From contig CAXXJS010000010.1 in NCBI GenBank assembly GCA_963662665.2, forward strand, positions 256,001 through 320,000: 64,000 nt of DNA, read 5' to 3'. Positions 21,681-31,540 of this stretch are shown here, one piece after another. Under the pieces are notes generated by a model, which worked only from the letters and a program-made list of their open reading frames with translations, was not told where the DNA came from and ran no database searches. The translations under genes and the position numbers were made by a program. The stretch's first letter is position 1. Every line of letters begins with the position of its first letter. The stretch comes from Candidatus Latescibacterota bacterium. GTDB lineage: Bacteria; Latescibacterota; UBA2968; GCA-2709665.

Positions 21681-22122
21681 CCGTGTCTCAATTCACATTC
21701 TCCTGATATTCGCAATCGGTCTGACTTCGGGCTGTTTCTCCAGACCGCGGTATCGCTCCTCGCCTCCCGGAAGCGAGTCAAAAAAAACATCAATCGAACC
21801 TCCCGAAATATCCACCGCAGACGCGTTTCAGGTTGGCCTCGCTTCATTTTATGCGCACAAGTTTCATGGCCGTCCCACCGCCAGCGGTGAGATCTACAAC
21901 ATGTACGGCCTCTCCGCCGCGCACAGGGAACTTCCTCTCGGTACCGTAATCCACGTAACCCATCTCGGCAACGGACGGAGCGTTCAGTTGAAGGTCAACG
22001 ACCGGGGACCCTTCATTGAAGGCCGGATTCTCGATCTCTCCCTTGGCGCCGCGCGTCGTCTGGACATGGTCGAAGAGGGCGTTGCCCGGGTTAAGATCCG
22101 GATTGTCAAGGCCATCGATTGA
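21634..22122 (+). CDS. rlpA: Septal ring lytic transglycosylase RlpA-family lipoprotein
   Basis: Lipobox LTSGC; GLASFY, TASGE, AAHRELPLGT, VNDRGPF..RILDLS; start uncertain (GTG 21634). Confidence 0.85.
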   Translation: MYQTSWVRSKPARGTDRVSIHILLIFAIGLTSGCFSRPRYRSSPPGSESKKTSIEPPEISTADAFQVGLASFYAHKFHGRPTASGEIYNMYGLSAAHRELPLGTVIHVTHLGNGRSVQLKVNDRGPFIEGRILDLSLGAARRLDMVEEGVARVKIRIVKAID

Positions 22123-22171
22123 GGATATTGCAACGAAGCAGGAGATTCGCGTCGCTCCCCTCGGTGTGCGG

Positions 22172-23422
22172 TCAACGGTCGCGGCTGGATTCCCGTTGCG
22201 AAAGGGTACGGAAAGCGAACTGAGCGATAAAGTCGATACCCAGCAACCGACCCATCACCCGCCAGTCTTCAAGGTCGACGGCGCTCAGTCCCGGGCCGCC
22301 GCCGTCAAGCACCAGCGTGCCGACGTAGAGGCGCGAACCGTCCGGAGAAACGCCGATCGTAGACGCGGCATCGCCAACCCTCAGTTGATTCGAAATGAGG
22401 TTGCGCTGTACGTCAATGGCAAGCAGGAACCCGCCCGACAATGTCCCCGTGGAAGCTACGTAAAGTGTCCGGCCGTCCGGTGAGAACGCCAGTCCCCGCG
22501 CGGAATCTCCATTCAATTGAATGCCGTTTTCGACCTCATCCAAACTTAGATCCAGAACCGAAACGACGCCGCGGTCTACGTTGGTCACATACGCCCGCGT
22601 CCCGTCCGACGTAATTCCAATTTCACCGGGGACGCCGCCAATAATGATTTCGCTCGCGATTTCCCCGCTATCCACGTCGATGACCGAAACGTCGCGACTG
22701 TCGGCGTTCGCCACGTAGAGCTTTTTGCCATCCGGCGTAATTGCCAGGTCGATCGGTCTCTGTCCAACGGAAATCGTATCCACGGGAACCCGCGCCTCCA
22801 GATCCAATATTACCAGCCGGTTGTTCCGTTCTTCCGTTACGTATGCGAACCGCTCGTCCGGACTTAATACAACCCGTCCCTGGGATTCCGTGGGGATCGA
22901 GAACAGGGCTTCGTGATTCGTATCGATGGCAAAGAGCCCGAATCCTTCCGATACGTAGATCTTCCGCTCGTTTGCAGAGACCGCGATACCGGTCGGTCCG
23001 CGAAACCTGAGATAATCCGAAAGCAGATAGGATTCCGAATCAATGACCGCCGCCCCGCCCAGCACGGGGTCGAGCACGTAGATGGCGTGTCGCGTGTATA
23101 TCGGGGATTCGGAAGTGGCGCCGTACGCGGCGCCGAACGAGACGAAATCGGGAAAATTGATTGTGCCGTCGCCATTCAGGTCCATCCTGGCGTCGTACGC
23201 CGGTTCCCCTTCCCGGGCATTGAAACTGCGCGCGAATAGCAGAAAGTCCGAGAATCCGACAATGCCGTCTTCGTCAAAATCCGCCGCTGGCGGACCGCTC
23301 GTCTCCTGCGTTACATGCCCTTCCGGTTGCCATATCAACTCCGGATTCTGTCCATGCGCGTGGCATACGAAAACACAAATTAAAAAAAAGGCCCAAAGCA
23401 ATTGGCTTAGATTCCGATTCAT
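22172..23422 (-). CDS. Secreted dockerin/EF-hand plus YVTN beta-propeller protein
   Basis: Signal peptide; ADFDEDGIVGFSDFLLFA and DLNGDGTINFPDF; repeats such as SPDE..AYVT, TPDGKKLYVAN, RAYVTN. Confidence 0.85.
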   Translation of the reverse strand: MNRNLSQLLWAFFLICVFVCHAHGQNPELIWQPEGHVTQETSGPPAADFDEDGIVGFSDFLLFARSFNAREGEPAYDARMDLNGDGTINFPDFVSFGAAYGATSESPIYTRHAIYVLDPVLGGAAVIDSESYLLSDYLRFRGPTGIAVSANERKIYVSEGFGLFAIDTNHEALFSIPTESQGRVVLSPDERFAYVTEERNNRLVILDLEARVPVDTISVGQRPIDLAITPDGKKLYVANADSRDVSVIDVDSGEIASEIIIGGVPGEIGITSDGTRAYVTNVDRGVVSVLDLSLDEVENGIQLNGDSARGLAFSPDGRTLYVASTGTLSGGFLLAIDVQRNLISNQLRVGDAASTIGVSPDGSRLYVGTLVLDGGGPGLSAVDLEDWRVMGRLLGIDFIAQFAFRTLSQRESSRDR

Positions 23423-23503
23423 AATGCATCCTTTTCTAAAGGCGCTCAGGCCTTCTCATTGGTTCCACGATCCGATCCCGCGACAGTACGGGAGTCGCGG
23501 CCG

Positions 23504-24715
23504 TCAACCGGCCAGGGCCGCCCGCGCCACCCGGAGCATGTTGCCGCCCAGGATCTTTCGGATATCCGAATCTGAATAACCGCGCTGGACCATGCCCACT
23601 GTAAAGAGAGGCCAGTTGGTCCAGGCCAGACTCTTCACCATGTGATCCTGCCGCCATTGGGCGTCGAATGCATCCGGCGGCCAGAAGGCCGCCCACCTGG
23701 AACGCCGCTGCGAACGCGGCGCCTTTCTCCTTTCCGCGACGGACGCGCGCGAGGCGTAGGCCGTGTCCGTCCCGATCGTAACGTGATCGGCGCCGTACGT
23801 TCTGACCATATAATCGACATGATCCAGGAGCGCCCGTACGTCTCCGCTTCCGCCCAGAAATGCCGGAATGCAGCAGATGCCCACGTAACCGCCCGAATCC
23901 ACAATCGCACGGATCACATTATCCGGTTTGCACCTGATGTGCTCGTTCACTGAACAGCAGCCCGAATGGCTTGCCACCATCGGAACCGCGGAAGCTCTGG
24001 CCGCCTCCAGGCTGGTCTGCCAGCCCGCGTGCGCGACGTCAACAATCACGCCCACCCGGTTCATCTCGGCCACAACTGCCCCGCCAAAATCGCTCAATCC
24101 AGCGTTGGCCGGCTCGGCGCACCCGTCTCCCAGCATATTGCGCCGGTTGTAGGTCAGGTGCATTATTCTGATACCCAGTTGAAAGAAGATGCGAATATAC
24201 CTCAGTTCCTCCTCTACGGACACCCAGTCCTGTGAAAGAGGCACGCCGTTGCCGCTCATATAAAAACACTGTCTGCCCTGTACCTTGGCCGCCTCGATAT
24301 CCGCCGGCGTGGTTGCCCGCACCAGGAAATCCCTCATTACGTCGGCCACATAGGTAAACCTCGCGAGACGTTTAATCAACCGTAAAGGCGCCTGCCCCTC
24401 CTCGCCGGCGTTCTGCACGATACAGGTCACGCCGCCCGAACGCCATGCCCCCTGAAATTCCTCTCGCTCGCCCGAATCGGTTGCGCACCGGGTCATCGAC
24501 ATATCTTCATTCATATCGTTCAGCTCAGCATCCGACGCACCGGCTGCCACGGCAGCGGCCATCGCGTCTCCATCGATGGCTGCCCGGGGGGCGAATCCGT
24601 ACGTGTCACACACAATCGAGTCTGCGTGCAATGCCAGCCCGTGTTCCAACTCCGCCTTTCGCGGCTTCAATATCTGAAGCCCAACCTGCCGCGCCTCTTC
24701 GATTTTTTCATTCAT
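23504..24715 (-). CDS. Membrane dipeptidase (peptidase M19 family)
   Basis: LTYNRRN, GLSDFG, EMNRVGVIVDVAH, ASHS, DHVTIGTD, KILGGN; ATG 24715. Confidence 0.85.
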   Translation of the reverse strand: MNEKIEEARQVGLQILKPRKAELEHGLALHADSIVCDTYGFAPRAAIDGDAMAAAVAAGASDAELNDMNEDMSMTRCATDSGEREEFQGAWRSGGVTCIVQNAGEEGQAPLRLIKRLARFTYVADVMRDFLVRATTPADIEAAKVQGRQCFYMSGNGVPLSQDWVSVEEELRYIRIFFQLGIRIMHLTYNRRNMLGDGCAEPANAGLSDFGGAVVAEMNRVGVIVDVAHAGWQTSLEAARASAVPMVASHSGCCSVNEHIRCKPDNVIRAIVDSGGYVGICCIPAFLGGSGDVRALLDHVDYMVRTYGADHVTIGTDTAYASRASVAERRKAPRSQRRSRWAAFWPPDAFDAQWRQDHMVKSLAWTNWPLFTVGMVQRGYSDSDIRKILGGNMLRVARAALAG

Positions 24716-24760
24716 CTCGTGTCCCCTGTCCGTGAAGAGCTTGCTGGCCTCCGAATTCCC

Positions 24761-24925
24761 TGACAGTCCGTTGATAAAGTCGCTCTGCAGGCGAGGCCGA
24801 GAGATTGTGGCCGAAGACAAGGCGCGCGACCGCGTCGAATCGGGGATTCGGGGAGGAAGCGCAACGCAGTAATTCGGCCACAAGGGCCGGACGCAGCCCG
24901 GATGGACTTTTCCAACGGGCTGCTA
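24761..24925 (+). repeat. MITE-like repeat family B, copy 1
   Basis: Terminal IRs TGACAGTCCGTTGATAAAGTC / GACTTTTCCAACGGGCTGCTA; closely similar to 25131..25296. Confidence 0.85.
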
Positions 24926-25130
24926 ACACGAGAAAATATACGATAACGCGTGCACGCGATCAACGATGAGATTTCGGAAACCCGTGAGATCGTATCCGGT
25001 GGAAACCGCGAATCCGCGGTTGAGCGACAGCCGCCTTCAACGCGAATAACCCAAAAAAACCTTGCGTCTTTCGAATTTTCTCATACCTTTATGTGTTTCG
25101 ATTCGAGGGCCGAGCGATGGGAGCGGGCGT

Positions 25131-25296
25131 TAACAGTCAGTAGATTAAGTCGCTCTGCAAGCGAGGCCGAGAGATTGTGGCCGAAGGCAAGTCGCGCGAC
25201 CGCGTCGGATCGGGGGAATCGGGAAGGGAATGCAACGCAGTAAATCGGCCACAAGGGCCGGACGCAGCCCGGATGGATTTTTTTTGCGGGCTGTCA
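25131..25296 (+). repeat. MITE-like repeat family B, copy 2
   Basis: Shares aagtcgctctgca.gcgaggccgagagattgtggccgaa...tcggccacaagggccggacgcagcccggatgga with copy 1; termini more degenerate. Confidence 0.85.
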
Positions 25297-25368
25297 GGAT
25301 CCTCGCGCCGGGCGAGCGCGCGGGGGTTTGACCGAACATCGCCGGAAGAGGAGCATAAGAGAAGCCGC

Positions 25369-26595
25369 ATGAACGAACCGCGAAATGTCCATGAATTGGA
25401 CGAAAAGTACGTCGCCGACCGGTCCAGCGACGAGTTCGCAGCAATGCTCGAGAATGAATCAGATCAGGCGCCCGCGCCGATACTTTCGGTCGGCCAGCGG
25501 CTCTCGGGCCGCATTCAGTCCATCGATGAGTCCTCAGTATTTGTAAACTATGGAGGCCGAAGCGAAGCCGTTGTCGACGTCCAGGAACTGAAGGACGAAC
25601 ACGGGGAGGTCTCATGCCAGGTTGGCGACAACATAGAAGCCTTTGTCGCCTCGGTGGAGAATGAAGTCCGATTGACCCTGTCCCGGCGTACGGGAAACGT
25701 TCAGATTCTGCGTCAGGCCTACGAAAACAATATACCGGTCGACGGTCGGGTTACCGGTTTCAACTCCGGGGGTCTGGTTATCAACCTCGGTGGCCGGCGG
25801 GCTTTCTGTCCGGTTTCACAGATCGACACGGGGTACAGCAAAGATTTGGCGTCTTATGCCGGCCAGACCCATACATTTAAGATTGTCGAGTTTCGAGGCC
25901 GGGGTCGCAACATTGTGCTGTCGCGCCGCGCCCATCTGGAAGCCGAGGCCGCCCGCCGCGCTGACGAACTGCGGGAAAAACTCAGTGAGGGCGCCGAAGT
26001 CACGGGTAAGATCACCCGGCTTGAACGTTTCGGCGTGTTTGTCGACCTCGGTGGCGTGGAGGGGCTGGTCCACATATCGGAAATCGCACACAATCGCGTA
26101 GGTCATCCGAAAGACGTGCTCCGGTCCGGAGACGAAGTTACCGTGAAGATCCTCGAACTCAAGGGGCTCGGAGGAGATAAAGAACGGATTTCGCTCTCCA
26201 TCAAAGCGCTCCTGCCCGACCCGTGGGACGGTGCGGTGATGAAATATCGAGAGGGGGAGGTAATCACCGGAAAAGTCGTCTCGATCCAGCAGTTCGGCGC
26301 CTTTGTCGAAGTTGCTCCGGGTGTGGAAGGCCTGGTTCACGTCTCACAACTCGCTCGAAGCCGGGTTGCACGGCCCGCCGACGTCGTTTCGGTGGGGCAG
26401 GACGTCCGCGTCCGAATCCGGAAAATCGACCGCGACAAGAAACGCATATCACTTTCCATACGCGACGTACAGGAAGAAGAGAAGAAAGCCGTTGAAGTCA
26501 AGGAAATCGAAGCCTTCAAGATCAAGGAAAACTCGTCCGACGACAGATCTGAAAGCGTCATGGCCGACGCCCTCCGCCGTGCCGGATTGCTTTAG
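25369..26595 (+). CDS. S1 RNA-binding protein (ribosomal protein S1-like, four S1 domains)
   Basis: AFCPVSQID, FGVFVDLGGVEGLVHISEI, FGAFVEVAPGVEGLVHVSQL, RISLSI; C-terminal MADALRRA. Confidence 0.85.
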   Translation: MNEPRNVHELDEKYVADRSSDEFAAMLENESDQAPAPILSVGQRLSGRIQSIDESSVFVNYGGRSEAVVDVQELKDEHGEVSCQVGDNIEAFVASVENEVRLTLSRRTGNVQILRQAYENNIPVDGRVTGFNSGGLVINLGGRRAFCPVSQIDTGYSKDLASYAGQTHTFKIVEFRGRGRNIVLSRRAHLEAEAARRADELREKLSEGAEVTGKITRLERFGVFVDLGGVEGLVHISEIAHNRVGHPKDVLRSGDEVTVKILELKGLGGDKERISLSIKALLPDPWDGAVMKYREGEVITGKVVSIQQFGAFVEVAPGVEGLVHVSQLARSRVARPADVVSVGQDVRVRIRKIDRDKKRISLSIRDVQEEEKKAVEVKEIEAFKIKENSSDDRSESVMADALRRAGLL

Positions 26596-26670
26596 AAGCA
26601 GACCTGAGGATCCGGCATCCGGCCAGGTCTGATCTGGCCGGGGCGGCCGTAGGCGGCCACGGATCCCGAC

Positions 26671-27021
26671 ATGCCCCTTCATAACACAGATCCTGAAACC
26701 CTCCGCAAGGAAGTACGATTCCAGCCCTTTCGCGGCGGCGGTCCGGGAGGCCAGCACCGCAACAAGGTTGAAAGCGCGGTCAGGCTTGTGCACATTCCCA
26801 CCGGTATCACCGTCGTTGCGTCCGATCATCGGCTTCAGGGTCGGAACAGGGATCTTGCCCTCCTGCGTCTCCGTCGAATCCTCACCGGGTTGAACCGGCG
26901 AAACAAACCCCGCATACCCACCAGACCTTCACGAGCGTCCCGGGCGCGACGCCTGGAACAGAAGCGCCGGCTGTCGCGCAAGAAATCACTTCGCCGTATC
27001 GCTGAGAGCTCTTGCTTATAG
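26671..27021 (+). CDS. ArfB/YaeJ-like peptidyl-tRNA hydrolase (RF-1 GGQ domain)
   Basis: GGPGGQHRNKVESAVRL; basic tail RIPTRPSRASRARRLEQKRRLSRKKSLR. Confidence 0.85.
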   Translation: MPLHNTDPETLRKEVRFQPFRGGGPGGQHRNKVESAVRLVHIPTGITVVASDHRLQGRNRDLALLRLRRILTGLNRRNKPRIPTRPSRASRARRLEQKRRLSRKKSLRRIAESSCL

Positions 27022-27266
27022 TCTTCGAACCGGGGTTCCGGACAATCTCCGCGTCCTGTGTTATTCTGCACCCGCAGGATCCCGGGCAGGGTCCGGACGT
27101 GGACACGGCTATTTACCGGGACGGAACGCTCCCCGACTTTCGGCATTTTCAACCGTAACGCTGAATCATATCGAGGGTTGATGCGTCTTAATGTTATGTG
27201 TTCCGACGGACGTCCTGAGTTGCAGAGCCCCGAAGTTTACCTGACGATCAACCGAGCGTCTTCGCT

Positions 27267-30200
27267 ATGAATAACCGATCTTCCGTTTTGTCACGTATCT
27301 CCGTCAATCGTCCGGTGACAATCACGGTGTGCCTGATTGCGCTGCTCGTGATGGGTGCCGTGGCCTATTCCCGGATCGCGGTGAAAATGATGCCGGCGGG
27401 ATTTGATCCGCCCTTTCTGTGGTTGAGCGTCCGGTATCCCGGATCGAACGCCACGCCTCAAGAGGTCGAACAACAGATTACACGGCCCCTGGAGGAGCGC
27501 CTGCGGACCGTCAAGGGAATCGAACAGATCCGGACGTACACGGACAGCCGGGGCGTCGGCGCACCCCTCCGCTTTCAGCAGGATGCCGACATGACCCTGG
27601 CCTACAATCAGTTGAGGGACCAGTTGGACCGGCTCAAGCCGGACCTTCCTGAGGAGGTGCGAGACCGGATTTTCGTATGGAAGTACAACGACGAAGGCTG
27701 GAACATCATGTGGATGGGTGCCGCCCTGGACTCCACCATCGTCGACGTCTACAGTTTCCTGGAGACCCATGTGCAACGGCCTCTGGAGCGCATCGAAGGT
27801 GTTGCCCGTGTGGAACTCTGGGGTGCGGACCCCAAAGAGGTGATGATCGAAATAGACCGTGAGCAACTCATGGCGAGGGGCGTGAACGTCTACGACATGG
27901 TTCGAAGCCTGCAAAACGACAATTTCGCGCTCAAGAGCGGTTACGTTAACGAAGGAACCAAGAAATTCTACGTCCGCTCTCTGGCGCGTTATCGCAGTCT
28001 GGAGGAGATTGGCAATATCCCCGTCGGCTCCCGTCAGGGCGGCGTCAGGTTGCGTGAAGTCGCGGACGTTGTGTACGATATTCCGGCTCGGAGCTGGTAT
28101 CAGCGAATCGACGGGCAGCCGGCTTCTTCAGTGGGGATCAAGGCCGAGTCGGGCGCCGATATCGCCACGGTATGCGACCGCGTTTCGGACGCCCTTATCC
28201 ACATTGAGAACGGGCCGGCTGCAGGGAAAGTGCAATTCAACGTGTTTTTTAACCAGGGTGATCTCATCCGGGGGTCGGTTGCCAATTTGAGAAATACGGG
28301 ACTCTGGGGCGGGTTGTTTGCCGCGTTGATCCTGCTGTTCTTCCTGCGCGTCATCCGAATGACGGCCATTATCACACTGTCTATTCCCCTGTGCGCGATG
28401 ATAACCGTCACGGTGCTTTATTTCTCGGGGTGGTCACTGAATCTTTTGACAATGATGGGATTGATGGTGGGTGTGGGGATGGTCGTAGACAACGCAGTTG
28501 TAATACTGGAGAACATCTACAGGCGGCGGGAAAAGGGCGAGTCGCCCAAGCCGGCTGCCGTCACGGGCGCCAGCGAAGTCGCCATGGCGATTACCATGGC
28601 GACGCTGACCACGGTCGTGGTTTTTCTGCCCCTGATGTTGATGACGGGAAACGTGGGGATGACGTTTTATCTCTCCCGTATGGGCGTCCCCGTAATTGTG
28701 ATGCTGGTGGGGTCGTTGTTCGTGGCGCTCCTGATCATCCCCCTGGCCTCGGTGCGGTTCGGCGGCGGCCGTGTGAAGCCGGATTCCAGGTCCATCGGGT
28801 GGGCGCGGTTGCGTTACGGCCGCGTTCTGAGATGGGCATTGAGCCACCGCCGGGACGCAATACTGATCCTGCTGGCGGTATTTGCGACGATTTCGATTCC
28901 GGCAGGTAAGATGAAACGTTCGGATGCCTCCAGGGGAAACATCAACGACATCGACATCAATATTCGAACGCCGCGCGACTTCACAACGTATGAGACTTTT
29001 GAACTGATGAATGAAGTGGAGGAATTCCTGGATTCCAAGCGGGAGACGTACGGTGTCAGGACGATCCGATCATGGTTCCGCAAGACCCGGGGAAATTTCG
29101 AGATCTACCTCGACTCCAATCCGAACGAAGCCTGGTGGTACGTTGCGTACAAGAATCTTAGATCGGGGCTGGGCGTTCCGGTGGACAATACGATGGCGCG
29201 CGCGGATGTGATTAAGGATTTGAAACAAGACATGCCCAAATACGTAGGGGTCCGCATCGGCGTCGAGAGCCGGGCGCGAGGGGGCGGCGATCCTTCGGTG
29301 TCCGTATATCTCTACGGCGACGATACCGAGGTGCTGGCGGCTCTTGTAACGGCAGTGGAGCGCCGTCTCCGGGAGATACCTTCGGTTGTGAACGTGGACT
29401 CGGACCTGGAACGGTCAACCGACGAGGCGCAGGTCCATATCGACAGGGAGCGGGCGCGGCGGTACGGGATTTCTCCTCAGGTCGTCGCGCGGACGCTGGC
29501 CTTTACCATGCAGGGGGTGAGCCTGCCGCGGTTCCAGTCCGGAGAGCGAGAGGTGGATACGCGCTTGTACCTGGAAGAGGCGGATCGCCAGACGCTGCAT
29601 CATCTGAAGAGTTTCATGTTCACGTCGGCGTCGGGCGAGGAAATCCCTCTTTCGGAACTGGCCAGCTTCAAGGTGACGCCCGGGCGCGGGAGGATTCGAC
29701 GGGAAGACGGCAAGACACGCCTGGCGGTGAGGGCGTTCACGACCAAGGACGATTTAAAGGGACTCTACGCCGATATCGATCGTGCGATGGCCGGCTTTGA
29801 AATGCCAAGGGGTTATTCGTGGAACAAGGGTGAACGCTTCGCCAGGTTCCAGGAGTCCGACAACGAAACGATATTTGCAGTGGTGATGGCGGTTACCTGT
29901 GTCTTTCTGCTGATGGGGGTTTTGTTCGAGTCCGTGGTTCTTCCGTTCTCGGTGCTGTTTTCCATACCGTTCTCATTCCTGGGGGTGTACTGGACGCTCT
30001 ATCTGACCGGTACCCCGATGGACATGATGGCCAATATCGGCATGATCGTGCTGATCGGCGTGGTGGTAAACAACGCGATCGTACTTGTGGATATGATCAA
30101 CCGGATGCGCCTGGAGGGCATGGGCCGCACGAAGGCGATTCTGGAGGCCGGGCACAATAGGTTCCGCCCCATTCTAATGACGACGTTCACCACGGTGTTC

Positions 30201-30422
30201 GGCCTGTTGCCAATGGCATTGGGGAACAGCAATCTGATTGGGATTCCCTATGCGCCGCTGGGACGAACCATGATGGGCGGACTGTTTGTGTCGACGTTCC
30301 TGACCCTGCTGCTTGTGCCCCTGTGCTATACGCTGCTGGACGACTTGCGGGTGTTTCTGCAGAGGGTGGTAAGGGCCGCTTTCTTCCGGCAGGCCGCATA
30401 CGATCAATCGGCAGACGACTGA
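27267..30422 (+). CDS. RND efflux permease (AcrB/AcrD/AcrF family)
   Basis: 1051 aa; VNRPVT, GMVVDNAVVILENI, GVVVNNAIVLVD, RFRPILMT. Confidence 0.92.
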   Translation: MNNRSSVLSRISVNRPVTITVCLIALLVMGAVAYSRIAVKMMPAGFDPPFLWLSVRYPGSNATPQEVEQQITRPLEERLRTVKGIEQIRTYTDSRGVGAPLRFQQDADMTLAYNQLRDQLDRLKPDLPEEVRDRIFVWKYNDEGWNIMWMGAALDSTIVDVYSFLETHVQRPLERIEGVARVELWGADPKEVMIEIDREQLMARGVNVYDMVRSLQNDNFALKSGYVNEGTKKFYVRSLARYRSLEEIGNIPVGSRQGGVRLREVADVVYDIPARSWYQRIDGQPASSVGIKAESGADIATVCDRVSDALIHIENGPAAGKVQFNVFFNQGDLIRGSVANLRNTGLWGGLFAALILLFFLRVIRMTAIITLSIPLCAMITVTVLYFSGWSLNLLTMMGLMVGVGMVVDNAVVILENIYRRREKGESPKPAAVTGASEVAMAITMATLTTVVVFLPLMLMTGNVGMTFYLSRMGVPVIVMLVGSLFVALLIIPLASVRFGGGRVKPDSRSIGWARLRYGRVLRWALSHRRDAILILLAVFATISIPAGKMKRSDASRGNINDIDINIRTPRDFTTYETFELMNEVEEFLDSKRETYGVRTIRSWFRKTRGNFEIYLDSNPNEAWWYVAYKNLRSGLGVPVDNTMARADVIKDLKQDMPKYVGVRIGVESRARGGGDPSVSVYLYGDDTEVLAALVTAVERRLREIPSVVNVDSDLERSTDEAQVHIDRERARRYGISPQVVARTLAFTMQGVSLPRFQSGEREVDTRLYLEEADRQTLHHLKSFMFTSASGEEIPLSELASFKVTPGRGRIRREDGKTRLAVRAFTTKDDLKGLYADIDRAMAGFEMPRGYSWNKGERFARFQESDNETIFAVVMAVTCVFLLMGVLFESVVLPFSVLFSIPFSFLGVYWTLYLTGTPMDMMANIGMIVLIGVVVNNAIVLVDMINRMRLEGMGRTKAILEAGHNRFRPILMTTFTTVFGLLPMALGNSNLIGIPYAPLGRTMMGGLFVSTFLTLLLVPLCYTLLDDLRVFLQRVVRAAFFRQAAYDQSADD

Positions 30423-30698
30423 TTGACGCGGTGCGGCCGGGGATTGAGCCGTTTTGCGGGTGGTCGCTCAAGTGGTTTTTCCCGGATGACTCCAACGCCG
30501 GAGGTGTTTTCCTCCGGCGTTTTCTTGTCCGTATCGCAAATGTGCCAGGGTTGAAGTGGTCGCTGTTGTACGTTATATTGAGAAGAATTGCTCAACAGTT
30601 GAACCGGCAACGATGCGAGGGTGGCGTCGATTGATTCGCGAAAAAAGCAGGCAACCTCGACAATTGCATGAATTAGTCGGGAGCACAAGGGCGTATCC

Positions 30699-31463
30699 GT
30701 GAATTTCAGGCCGTGTATCGATCTGCGCGGCGGGCGCGTGGTGCAAATTGTGGGGGGGTCGCTGCGGTGCGGCGCCGCGCCGGCGACGAACTTCGAGTCA
30801 GGCCGGCTGCCGTCCGACTACGCGAGGATGTACAGGTCGGACGACCTGCCCGGAGGTCACGTCATCATGCTGGGACCGGGCAACGAGACGGCCGCGTTGT
30901 CCGCGTTGTCAGCCTATCCCGGCGGGCTCCGGGCCGGCGGCGGCATTCGGCCGGGAAACGCGCAACGATATCTGGATGCCGGCGCCAGCCACGTGATTGT
31001 AACGTCGTACGTATTCCGGGATGGACGCGTGGATACCGATCGACTGGACAGGATGGTCCGAACAGTAGGTCGCGACCGCCTGGTGCTGGATCTGAGTTGC
31101 CGGAGGCGCGGCGGCGCATATCATGTGGTGACCGATCTGTGGCAGCGGTTTACAAGCGTCCGGGTGAACGGTACAACGTTAAACTGGCTTTCGGAGTTTT
31201 GTGACGGTTTCCTGGTACACGGGGTGGACGTGGAGGGCACGCGGACGGGGATTGAAGATACGCTGGTGGAATTACTGGGCGCCGAGTCGCCGATAGAAGT
31301 GACGTACGCGGGTGGCGCTCGGCGCCTGGATGATCTGGACCGCGTGGAGAGACTGGGGAACGGTCGTGTGGGACTTACAATTGGCAGCGCGCTGGATATA
31401 TTCGGCGGCGACGTACCCTATGCTGAGGTGGTGGCCTGGCAAAGACGACGTGAGCGGCCCTGA
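30699..31463 (+). CDS. hisA: ProFAR isomerase, His6/eukaryotic-type HisA
   Basis: FRPCIDLRGGRVVQIVGG, GGHVIMLG, GASHVIVTSYVF, LVLDLSCR, HGVDVEG, TIGSALDIFGG. Confidence 0.9.
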   Translation: MNFRPCIDLRGGRVVQIVGGSLRCGAAPATNFESGRLPSDYARMYRSDDLPGGHVIMLGPGNETAALSALSAYPGGLRAGGGIRPGNAQRYLDAGASHVIVTSYVFRDGRVDTDRLDRMVRTVGRDRLVLDLSCRRRGGAYHVVTDLWQRFTSVRVNGTTLNWLSEFCDGFLVHGVDVEGTRTGIEDTLVELLGAESPIEVTYAGGARRLDDLDRVERLGNGRVGLTIGSALDIFGGDVPYAEVVAWQRRRERP

Positions 31464-31540
31464 CGAGACCACGCGCCGGCTGACCGGAATCGTTTGTCCC
31501 CTCCTGGCCATGCCGGCTTCCACTTCACCTGGAGATACCG

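Noticed and set aside
24716-24883. N-terminal extensions of the dipeptidase, S1 (25177) and 37912 ORFs
   Set aside because: They read through MITE copies; downstream ATGs give more plausible starts
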